From: Deinococcales bacterium | Lineage (GTDB): Bacteria > Deinococcota > Deinococci > Deinococcales > JAAFIG01 | Direction: 5' to 3' | Length of the DNA stretch: 64,000 bases | NCBI GenBank assembly: GCA_043778225.1 | Contig: JAYWGM010000061.1 | Span: forward strand, 2,010 to 66,009 | In this document: positions 8,596 through 16,721 of the stretch, piece after piece | Position numbering within the stretch: position 1 is the stretch's first letter | Layout: every line of letters begins with the position of its first letter | Translations under genes and position numbers: made by a program | The notes under the pieces: generated by a model | What the model was told of the DNA's origin: nothing | Databases searched by the model: none | Seen by the model: only the letters and a program-made list of their open reading frames with translations

Positions 8596-11364
8596 ATGAT
8601 GAAATCCATTTCCAAAAATAGCGGTATTCACGACCTTGTACACATGATTTCAGAACACATCCAAACCAATTGGAAAAGTATTCTCGAGCAGAACGCCGCT
8701 AAACTCGAGGATGCGTATGCCAGAGGTGGAGATATGGCGTATGGTACGTACTTGGGCTTGTTGTTTCGTAAGGTCAATCAACAACTCAAACAAGCTGGAT
8801 TTCATCTCGAGCCAGAATTGCCGGGTGACTTAAATATTTCCCGCGAATGGGGTGATGCCTCAGAACGCCATCAGCAGCGCATTATGTGGTCTTTGGTGAC
8901 TCGAGAGAATGAAGAACTTGGTGCAATTGCAATTACGGTTTTTCATGATCACACCATGTTTTTTCTGCCCGAAGCGCCTCAAGTGCTGGGACTCGAGTCA
9001 ACGGATGCAATAACCGAACTGAGTCAGTATTTCCCAGAATTTGCCAGTGCTAAACCATTTTTTGTTGAAGTTGAGGAGTACATGAAAATGCAGGAACTCG
9101 AGACTGAAATAACTCCAATCAACAGAGATTTTATTCGTATTCGCGGCGCTCGAGAAAACAACCTTAAAAATATTTCGATTGATATTCCTAAGAATCAAAT
9201 TACGGTCTTTACAGGTGTATCTGGCTCGGGTAAATCCAGTTTGGTATTCGATACCATCGCCGCCGAAGCCCAACGCCAACTGAACGAAACGTTCACTAAT
9301 TTTGTACAGGGTTTTCTGCCAAGTTATGGGCAACCCGATGTGGATTCAATCGAGAATCTAAATGCCCCGATTATCATTAACCAAAAACGGGTCGGTGGTG
9401 GCTCACGCTCGACCATGGGAACATACACCGATATTGCAGGGCTGCTGCGCTTGCTGTTTTCTCGAGCAGGTATGCCTTCGGCTGGGGCAGCTTTTGTCTA
9501 TTCGTTCAATACGCCACAAGGAATGTGTCTCGAGTGCGAGGGCATTGGCAAAACCGTACAACTTGATCTCGAGAAATTTCTTGATAAATCAAAATCTTTG
9601 AATGGTGGTGCGTTACTCCACCCAGAATTTAAGGTTGGTAAATGGATTTGGAAAATCTATACGCAATCTGGATTTTTTGATAACAATAAACCGCTTTCAG
9701 AATACACAACCAAAGAAATGGACATCTTGCTCTATGGTGCAGGACAACAAAAAATTGCTTTCACCGATTTTAATTTAACCTATGAAGGTTTAATTGAGCG
9801 CTTCACCCGTTCATACATCAAAAAAGACAGTGCCGCCATGTCTGAGCGTAACCGCACTATTTTCGAGCAATTTGTGAATACCCAAATCTGTCCAGTCTGT
9901 CATGGGGCAAGGCTGAACCAAGCGGCGCTCGAGTCTAAAATCAATGGGTTAAACATTAGCGATATGTCGAATCTCGAGGCAACAAAACTGATTCGAGTCC
10001 TCCAAGGTCTGACTGAGCCAGTCGCCTTAAAGATAGCGGCGAAACTGCTTGAACGACTCGAGCATCTGGTGGAGATTGGCTTGGGCTACCTAAGTTTAAG
10101 TCGTGAAACCGCCACGCTTTCGGGCGGCGAATCGCAGCGTATTAAAATGATTCGACACCTTGGCAACAGCCTGACCGATATGCTTTATATCCTTGATGAA
10201 CCTTCCGTTGGGCTTCATGCTCGAGATGTGGCGCGATTGACTGGTCTACTGTGCCAACTGCGTGACAAAGGCAATACGGTATTGGTGGTGGAACACGACC
10301 CAGATGTGATTCGGGTGGCTGACCATATTGTGGACATTGGACCAAAAGCTGGTTCGCATGGTGGGCAAGTGGTTTTTGAAGGCAGTGTGACCGAACTGCT
10401 CGAGTCGGATACTTTAACAGGGCGATTTTTGCAACAGAATTTACCCATGAAACTCGAGGTTCGTAAAGCCACGGGGTTTCTCGAGATTAAAAATGCTAAG
10501 GTCAACAACCTTAAAAACGTTTCGGTCGGCATTCCAACAGGGGTTTTTACGGTTGTGACAGGTGTGGCGGGAAGCGGCAAAAGTAGCCTGATTAACGATG
10601 TCTTTCTTGAGCAGTACCCAAATGCAATTGTCATAGACCAGTCCAAAGTCACGACTTCGGTGCGCTCTGCCCCAGCCACCTACACGGGCATCATGGATGA
10701 AATTCGCAGTGCCTTTGCCAAAGCCAACAAAGTCAGCCCATCGTTGTTTAGTTTTAATTCGGCAGGAAGCTGCCAGAATTGCAACGGGTTGGGCGTGGTC
10801 TATACCGACCTTGCTTTTATGGAAGGAATCACCTCGCACTGCGAAGTCTGCGATGGGAAACGCTTTAAGCCCGAAGTTCTCGAGTACACACTGCGCCATA
10901 AAACCATCAGCGATGTCCTCGAGTTGACCGTAGAAGATGCACTCGGGTATTTTACGGAAAAGAAAATTCGGGCGGTGGTACAAGCCATGTCCGATGTTGG
11001 CTTGGGGTACTTAAAGCTCGGGCAGCCACTGAGTACCGTGTCTGGTGGCGAAGGGCAACGCCTTAAACTGGCTACCGAACTGCACAAAGCTGGAACGGTT
11101 TACGTGATGGATGAACCAACCACGGGACTGCATTTGTCCGATATTGGGCAACTGATGAAAATTATAGATAAGCTGGTGGATGCGGGGAACACGGTTATTT
11201 TAATCGAGCATCACTTGGATGTGATTCGTCAAGCTGACTGGATTATTGACATTGGACCAGAAGGTGGGAGCAGTGGAGGAGAGGTGCTGTTTGAAGGGAC
11301 ACCACTTGGCTTGCTCGAGTCTAAACGCAGTATCACCGCCAAGTATTTAATGCCAAATTATTAA
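8596..11364 (+). CDS. UvrA paralog, short (class II / UvrA2-like) form with an extra ~175-aa N-terminal domain
   Basis: 922 aa, AGGAGG RBS. Two ABC modules: Walker A GVSGSGKSS and GVAGSGKSS, signatures LSGGESQR and VSGGEGQR, Walker B LYILDEPS and VYVMDEPT. Cys-pair Zn motifs CLECEG, CPVCHG, CQNCNG, CEVCDG. The UvrA homology starts near aa 178 (FIRIRGARENNLKNISIDIP). Confidence 0.85.
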   Translation: MMKSISKNSGIHDLVHMISEHIQTNWKSILEQNAAKLEDAYARGGDMAYGTYLGLLFRKVNQQLKQAGFHLEPELPGDLNISREWGDASERHQQRIMWSLVTRENEELGAIAITVFHDHTMFFLPEAPQVLGLESTDAITELSQYFPEFASAKPFFVEVEEYMKMQELETEITPINRDFIRIRGARENNLKNISIDIPKNQITVFTGVSGSGKSSLVFDTIAAEAQRQLNETFTNFVQGFLPSYGQPDVDSIENLNAPIIINQKRVGGGSRSTMGTYTDIAGLLRLLFSRAGMPSAGAAFVYSFNTPQGMCLECEGIGKTVQLDLEKFLDKSKSLNGGALLHPEFKVGKWIWKIYTQSGFFDNNKPLSEYTTKEMDILLYGAGQQKIAFTDFNLTYEGLIERFTRSYIKKDSAAMSERNRTIFEQFVNTQICPVCHGARLNQAALESKINGLNISDMSNLEATKLIRVLQGLTEPVALKIAAKLLERLEHLVEIGLGYLSLSRETATLSGGESQRIKMIRHLGNSLTDMLYILDEPSVGLHARDVARLTGLLCQLRDKGNTVLVVEHDPDVIRVADHIVDIGPKAGSHGGQVVFEGSVTELLESDTLTGRFLQQNLPMKLEVRKATGFLEIKNAKVNNLKNVSVGIPTGVFTVVTGVAGSGKSSLINDVFLEQYPNAIVIDQSKVTTSVRSAPATYTGIMDEIRSAFAKANKVSPSLFSFNSAGSCQNCNGLGVVYTDLAFMEGITSHCEVCDGKRFKPEVLEYTLRHKTISDVLELTVEDALGYFTEKKIRAVVQAMSDVGLGYLKLGQPLSTVSGGEGQRLKLATELHKAGTVYVMDEPTTGLHLSDIGQLMKIIDKLVDAGNTVILIEHHLDVIRQADWIIDIGPEGGSSGGEVLFEGTPLGLLESKRSITAKYLMPNY

Positions 11365-11495
11365 CCCTAATCTCAATGCCCCGATGCTCGAGCAGCCGAT
11401 GGCTTACGCCAATTGCCAGATGCGTTTGGCTCGAGTCCATCGGTATTGTTTGGTACACCACAAGATTTGTGCTGTGCTACGGTTTTTAGGATTTT

Positions 11496-12791
11496 ATGAT
11501 TGATATTTTACACCCAGACTTCACTTCCATTTGGCTCGAGTTGAAAAAGACTTTTGAGTCCAATCAAGTTGTGACGGGTGGTTTGACCTTAGCGATTATG
11601 GGCGGTGCGATTGCCTATCTGCGTTTTTTGCCACGGCAAATCTGGGATTATATCTGGGAACGGATTGTGGTTACGGTGCAAGTGGATTCCCGCGATGACG
11701 CTTTTGAATGGTTTCGGGCGTGGCTGACAACCCAGCCAGTCCGTTCAAGAATGCGCGATTTGGCGCTGGTGACGCAGCGCAGTGGCGAAGCAGGTTTTGC
11801 GGTGGATACTCGAGACAATGCGCCACGTGGGGTTTTTGCGCCCGTGGATGGAACATTTAAAGTGCAGTTTGAAAAGCGCACTTTTTGGTTTAGTGCTTCG
11901 CGGGAACGTCAAGCCAACAACAACGTGCTGATTGGTTTCCATGAGACTTTAACGGTGCGGACGCTGGTCACCAACCGCGATGCGCTTGAGCGCTTGGTTG
12001 GGGCAGCCTATAAAACTGTCCATAAGCCCGAAGAACCACGGGTCGAAATTCTTGCACCGCGCTGGGATGACTGGCGGGTGATGCAGCGTGTGCCACCTCG
12101 AGACCCAAAAAGTCTGGTTTATGCTGGTGGCTTATTTGAACGGGTTTGCGCCGATACCAAACGCTTTCTCGAATCCGAACAGTGGTACACCGACATGGGT
12201 ATTCCGTGGCGACGTGGCTATTTGTTGTACGGACCTCCGGGCAATGGCAAATCGAGCTTGATTACCGCTTTGGCTGGCGTGCTGGGCAAAAGCGTTTGTG
12301 TCCTTAACCTTGCCAGTGGCATTTTAACCGACGAATCTTTAACCAACCTTTTGACTGATGCCCCTGAGGGTAGTTTAATTCTGCTTGAGGACATCGATGC
12401 TATTTTTGTCGGGCGCAAAAAGGATGTCGAGACCAAGTTATCGTTTAATGGCTTACTCAATGCCTTGGATGGTGTGACCGCCCAACAAGGGCGGATGGTT
12501 TTTATGACCACCAATCACCTCGAGAAACTCGACCCCGCCTTGGTGCGTCCGGGACGTTGCGATGTCCATTTATTTGTTGGCAATGCCAATAGAATCCAAA
12601 TTGCCAAGATGCTCGAGCGATTTTACCCGAACATCCCAGATGCGGCTGCCCTCGCCCAACGCCTCCCTGAAGATGTGTTAAGCATGGCTCGAGTCCAAGA
12701 ATTTTTGGTGCGTCACCGCGATGATTTACAGGGCGCTCGAGCCGCTTGGCGTGAACTCGAGACAGTTGTGCTGAATCAGGTCAAGAGCTAA
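11496..12791 (+). CDS. BCS1-like AAA+ ATPase with N-terminal TM/BCS1_N-like region
   Basis: 431 aa. RGYLLYGPPGNGKSSLI (Walker A), LILLEDIDAIF (Walker B), LSFNGLLNALDGV and MVFMTTNHLEKLDPALVRPGRCD closely match the BCS1 subfamily signature. Hydrophobic segment near aa 27-45. Confidence 0.8.
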   Translation: MIDILHPDFTSIWLELKKTFESNQVVTGGLTLAIMGGAIAYLRFLPRQIWDYIWERIVVTVQVDSRDDAFEWFRAWLTTQPVRSRMRDLALVTQRSGEAGFAVDTRDNAPRGVFAPVDGTFKVQFEKRTFWFSASRERQANNNVLIGFHETLTVRTLVTNRDALERLVGAAYKTVHKPEEPRVEILAPRWDDWRVMQRVPPRDPKSLVYAGGLFERVCADTKRFLESEQWYTDMGIPWRRGYLLYGPPGNGKSSLITALAGVLGKSVCVLNLASGILTDESLTNLLTDAPEGSLILLEDIDAIFVGRKKDVETKLSFNGLLNALDGVTAQQGRMVFMTTNHLEKLDPALVRPGRCDVHLFVGNANRIQIAKMLERFYPNIPDAAALAQRLPEDVLSMARVQEFLVRHRDDLQGARAAWRELETVVLNQVKS

Positions 12792-12792
12792 A

Positions 12793-13587
12793 TTATAATT
12801 CCACGACTTCAAACTCGAGCTTGACCGCTTCAATCCCGCCAACCGCTTCAAAGGTCGGTAAGTTCTCGAGGGTGTCCTCGCCCAGACCTTTGTAGGTCGT
12901 AAATTTCATGGTCTCTAAATCGAGGGTACACAAATGCCCCGTCCACTTTGCACCCAAGTCCATAAAGATATTTTGCCCAATGCGGGTTGGCGCACAGACT
13001 GGGGTATGCCCATGAACACTCAGCAGCACCCCTTCTGGCAAGTTAAACGGACCGTCTTCGGGACGCGCCCAAACCATGCTGTCCTCGAGACTGCGATAGC
13101 CCTTGACTTGAATCGGCGCAGCGTGGACGCACAAAATATCGCCTTTTTCGCCGCCCAAGTGGCGATAGGTGTATTCGGTGCGGCTGGCATAGTTCATTAA
13201 CTCGGGCGGCAGACCCCAATTGCCAAAGGCATCGGCTTCGCCACCAGAATCCCAGCCACCGTACTCGAGAATGACCGTATCGCCACCGTTTTGAATCCAG
13301 TTTTGCATTGCAATTAAAGCATCGCCACGCCGTAATTCGGTCGGTTCGCGCTTAAAGCGCTCCAAGCAGTCGTCCACCTCGAGAACAATTGCTTCGTGGT
13401 TGCCACGCAACAAAATCATTCGCCCCTCGTCGGCGAGTTGAGACAGCAAACGAATCGTATCGCGGTTGCGATGCCCACGGTCAATTGCATCGCCCAAAAA
13501 AACAAAACTGGTATCGGCTGGCACGCGCTCGAGCAAACCCTCGAGCAAATCGGCACGACCGTGTAAATCCGCAATTGCCAGTTTCAA
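12793..13587 (-). CDS. PPP-family metallophosphoesterase (Ser/Thr phosphatase / ApaH / PrpE-like)
   Basis: 264 aa, TTG start with GAGG upstream. Motifs DLHG, GDAIDRG, GNHE, VHGH. Tail-to-tail with the BCS1-like gene (1-nt gap). Confidence 0.85.
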   Translation of the reverse strand: MKLAIADLHGRADLLEGLLERVPADTSFVFLGDAIDRGHRNRDTIRLLSQLADEGRMILLRGNHEAIVLEVDDCLERFKREPTELRRGDALIAMQNWIQNGGDTVILEYGGWDSGGEADAFGNWGLPPELMNYASRTEYTYRHLGGEKGDILCVHAAPIQVKGYRSLEDSMVWARPEDGPFNLPEGVLLSVHGHTPVCAPTRIGQNIFMDLGAKWTGHLCTLDLETMKFTTYKGLGEDTLENLPTFEAVGGIEAVKLEFEVVEL

Positions 13588-13722
13588 GCCCTTACCTCGT
13601 TCATGAGTTGTATCTTAACCTGCTACAATAGGACATTGCGCCGTAAAACCAGCACGATTGTGCAGTTTGTACCCAAATTCGTTGTGCAAGCCGATAGAAA
13701 ATCGGTTAGACTGCGAACCGCG

Positions 13723-14250
13723 ATGAAAATACGAGCCGCCACTAAAAACGACATCCCAGCCATCGCCCAAGTGCATTTTGAATGCTGGAGAGCCTTGTTC
13801 TCGAGCCTTGTGCCAGATTTTGCTTTTGATGCTTTGCAGCCACGTGGCGACCAGCGCTGGCAGCATTTTCTCGAGGGGGCAGAGTGGGGCGACGAGGTTG
13901 CCTATGTTGCCGAAGAAGACGGCGAGGTGGTCGGTTTCTCGGCGGGTGGTCCAGAATGGGGTGGTCATGCGACGATCGAAGCCGAAATGTACTCGTTGTA
14001 TGTCATGCCGCGTTACCAAGGGCAAGGCGTTGGCAAACAGCTTTTGTTGGCGGTTGCTAAAGGCTTGGTCAAACTCGGCTTAAATTCGATGCTGGTGCGC
14101 TTACGGAGTGGCAATCCAACCCCAAGGGTCTACATCGCCATGGGCGCAGAGGACATGGGCTTACACCAAGTCAGTGTTGGGGCTGCCAGTGTTGGCGAAG
14201 TGACTTATGGCTGGTCGGATTTGCGCCGTTTAAGTGAATTTGAGGGCTAA
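13723..14250 (+). CDS. GNAT family N-acetyltransferase
   Basis: ORF 13603 trimmed to ATG 13723 (MKIRAATKNDIPAIAQV..). Acetyl-CoA motif RYQGQGVGKQLL. Confidence 0.85.
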   Translation: MKIRAATKNDIPAIAQVHFECWRALFSSLVPDFAFDALQPRGDQRWQHFLEGAEWGDEVAYVAEEDGEVVGFSAGGPEWGGHATIEAEMYSLYVMPRYQGQGVGKQLLLAVAKGLVKLGLNSMLVRLRSGNPTPRVYIAMGAEDMGLHQVSVGAASVGEVTYGWSDLRRLSEFEG

Positions 14251-14297
14251 TTCAATCCTCGAGCCGCACTCATCTACAGTCTTTAGAATTACGGCTG

Positions 14298-15104
14298 ATG
14301 CGCTCATTTCTTTTGATGCTGGTTTTGTTCGGGGTCGTGGCGTGTGGCACAAACGATACCAAAAACGATGCCAACCAAATTACGGTCGTCAATACAGCTC
14401 TGACTTTAGCCTATAACCTCGAGCCATATAACGAAGAATTGCGGGTGACGGGCGGACAACGGGCATACACACTGCGAATTGCCAAAGGTAAATTGCCAGA
14501 TGGGATTCAACTCCAAGGCTCGAGGCTGGTTGGCACAGCCAAATTGGTCTTAAAAGCCAACGAGCAAAGAATTTTTGAATTTACGCTCGAGATTATTGAT
14601 TCACGCAATGCCAATAAATTCCAAGACCTCAAACTCGAGGTGCGGAGTTTACCCGCCCCAAGTCTTGAATGGAGCATACCGCCAACCCAAGTGCGCGACG
14701 AAGTGCGCTTGCCGTTTGTGCTCAAAATCCCTAAAAATGTACGTTCAATGCGCCTAGCCATTCCGCTTCCAACTGGCGCAACCTTAAAACGCCTTGAGCC
14801 AAGCGCTGGCAGACCCTTAATGCTCTCGAGGCTCGAGGGGACAGTCCTGCGAATAGATGTAGCGCTGTCTGAGGATATTCCCAGTGTTCGCCCTGCCACA
14901 ATCTTTTATTTGGTTTTGGCGTTGGCAAAACCCTTAAAGCTCGAAGGGAAAATTGGTTTTGAACTCAGGGCAAAAAATACGCTTTTGTCTAAGGCAGCCC
15001 TCGAGTTACCGAAACCCGCTACAACTACACCAACCACACCGACCACACCAACCACACCACCAGTCAGCCCTCCAGTCACGCCACCCGCTGGAGGCACACC
15101 ATGA
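14298..15104 (+). CDS. Lipoprotein with Ig-like region and Pro/Thr-rich tail
   Basis: Signal peptide plus lipobox LFGVVAC. Putative-Ig-like segment GGQRAYTLRIAKGKLPDGIQLQGSRLVGT. C-terminal TTTPTTPTTPTTPPVSPPVTPP. First gene of an ATGA-coupled trio. Confidence 0.65.
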   Translation: MRSFLLMLVLFGVVACGTNDTKNDANQITVVNTALTLAYNLEPYNEELRVTGGQRAYTLRIAKGKLPDGIQLQGSRLVGTAKLVLKANEQRIFEFTLEIIDSRNANKFQDLKLEVRSLPAPSLEWSIPPTQVRDEVRLPFVLKIPKNVRSMRLAIPLPTGATLKRLEPSAGRPLMLSRLEGTVLRIDVALSEDIPSVRPATIFYLVLALAKPLKLEGKIGFELRAKNTLLSKAALELPKPATTTPTTPTTPTTPPVSPPVTPPAGGTP

Positions 15105-15640
15105 AACGCTTTTACCTTTTTACCTTCTTGACCCGAAAAATGCACCTAACGGGCTGGGTCGCCTTTTTACCTTTTACCCTTTTCCCCCTCGCCCTCGCCC
15201 TCGCCACAACCTACCCAAAACTGACCCTAGAAACCCAACTCGAGCGAGCCGAAGTGATTACCCGTGCCATGATTAAAGAAGTCAAGCGCGAAGAGCGCAA
15301 CAAGCGCCCTTGGACAGTCTATTTGCTCGAGAATAAGCAATACTGGCGAGGCGAGGGTTTGCTGCCCAAAACCTTAGAAACGCCAAGTTTTGCGGTCTAT
15401 GGAAACGAAAAAATCAGGCTCGAGGGCGCACCCAATTTTAAGGTCGGTACAGAATGGATTTTCTTGTTGTACACCAAAAATTACGACAGCCCAATCGTTG
15501 GTTTTAACCAAGGCGCGTACCAACTCGAAGGCAATGCGGTGCTGGATGTTGGCGGTAAGGCAGTGCAACTCGAGGGGAAACCCGCCACTCGAGTCACCTT
15601 TATTGCTGCCGTCGAGAAAATCCTTGGGGTGGTCAAATGA
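15101..15640 (+). CDS. Secreted hypothetical protein
   Basis: ATGA overlap with the upstream gene. Hydrophobic N-terminus ending ALALA. Alternative in-frame ATG at 15140. No family recognised. Confidence 0.5.
   Translation: MKRFYLFTFLTRKMHLTGWVAFLPFTLFPLALALATTYPKLTLETQLERAEVITRAMIKEVKREERNKRPWTVYLLENKQYWRGEGLLPKTLETPSFAVYGNEKIRLEGAPNFKVGTEWIFLLYTKNYDSPIVGFNQGAYQLEGNAVLDVGGKAVQLEGKPATRVTFIAAVEKILGVVK
15108..15205. repeat. Degenerate TTTTYACC-type octamer arrays (two blocks), then CCCTCG x3
   Basis: GCTTTTACCTTTTTACCTTCTTGACC at 15108-15133 and GCCTTTTTACCTTTTACCCTTTTCCCCCTCGCCCTCGCCCTCGCC at 15161-15205. Confidence 0.7.
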
Positions 15641-16428
15641 AACGCCAACTTTCACCAAGAAAAGTGAAAGCCTTTCACCCTTTCACCCTTTTACCTTTTA
15701 CCCTTTTTACCCTAGCCCTGGCTGCTCCTTTTGCTTACACCGTGGTTAAAGACGGTGCTCCCGAGAGCTTTGAAAAATTAGTGCGTGAAGCCTTTACCAA
15801 ATGGCAAGCTGTTCCCAGCACGACCCTGAAAATAGATGCGCCCAAAGCTGGAACACCTGTTCAATTTAGGTGGGGTAGCACCGACCCCGAACTCAATCCA
15901 GACTTGGCAACCCGCACGATTCTCGAGACCACTGCCGATGGCAAAGAAAGTGCAGTGGTCAGCATTAACCCAGAAGCCACCGACCTCGAAAGTGCTTTGC
16001 TGCTCGAGACGGGTATTCGCCTCGGTTTACCGCTTGAGCCAAGTTGGGAAGGCAAACGCAGCTTAGGCGAGGCAGACATTACGCTGTTGCGTCAACAATA
16101 TGCCCCAAATGGCGACCTGACTGCTGATGGTAAGGTCAACATTGATGACTTTGAATTGTTTGCTCGAGAATACGGCAAAAGTCAGACGGCGGGTGGTATT
16201 AAAGGCGATTTTAACGGCGATGGCAAAGTCGATATTGCCGATTTTGAAATTCTCAAAGGTAATTATGATTTTGGTAAGCAACCGGGTTTAGAAGAACCCA
16301 AGCCAGCCGAGCCGACAACTCCAGCCCCAACAGAACCTAAACCAGCGCCAACCACACCAGCCCCGACGACAGAACCCAAGCCAGCCGAGCCGACGACTCC
16401 AGCACCAGCCACGCCTCCAGCAAAATAG
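15637..16428 (+). CDS. Secreted matrixin-like domain with degenerate zinc site, plus two dockerin-like Ca-binding repeats and a Pro/Thr-rich tail
   Basis: Signal peptide. FTKWQAV.. and ..LLLETGIRLGLPL aligns by eye to the HExxHxxGxxH block of peptidase M10, with all three His replaced. DLTADGKVNIDDFELF and DFNGDGKVDIADFEIL are dockerin/EF-hand-like. EPKPAEPTTPAP is repeated. Confidence 0.6.
   Translation: MKRQLSPRKVKAFHPFTLLPFTLFTLALAAPFAYTVVKDGAPESFEKLVREAFTKWQAVPSTTLKIDAPKAGTPVQFRWGSTDPELNPDLATRTILETTADGKESAVVSINPEATDLESALLLETGIRLGLPLEPSWEGKRSLGEADITLLRQQYAPNGDLTADGKVNIDDFELFAREYGKSQTAGGIKGDFNGDGKVDIADFEILKGNYDFGKQPGLEEPKPAEPTTPAPTEPKPAPTTPAPTTEPKPAEPTTPAPATPPAK
15667..15712. repeat. TTTYACC octamer array inside the signal-peptide coding region
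   Basis: AAGCCTTTCACCCTTTCACCCTTTTACCTTTTACCCTTTTTACCC, read directly. Confidence 0.7.
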
Positions 16429-16430
16429 AT

Positions 16431-16679
16431 TTACCGCCGCCGAGCCGCGTTGGATTCCATGGCTTGCATGGCTTGAACAGCTGTGGTGGCGGCTACCGAT
16501 TCAATCATTTCTACGCCACAAACCGCACTAAATAACCAGACTTGTGCGTCTTTATTGATAAACCAGTCTCGAGCCTTGGTTTCGGTCATCCAGTTGCCCA
16601 AATCGCAATTGTCTGGGACATCTACCAACGTGGATTTGATGTGTGGCGAATTCAAAAAAACCATAATTTGTTTAGGCAT
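16431..16679 (-). CDS. Hypothetical protein (82 aa)
   Basis: ATG confirmed. Fills the gap between convergent genes. No recognisable motif. Confidence 0.35.
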   Translation of the reverse strand: MPKQIMVFLNSPHIKSTLVDVPDNCDLGNWMTETKARDWFINKDAQVWLFSAVCGVEMIESVAATTAVQAMQAMESNAARRR

Positions 16680-16721
16680 TCTTGGAAACTACCACAAACA
16701 AAAATAGTAAACTGCATAACC

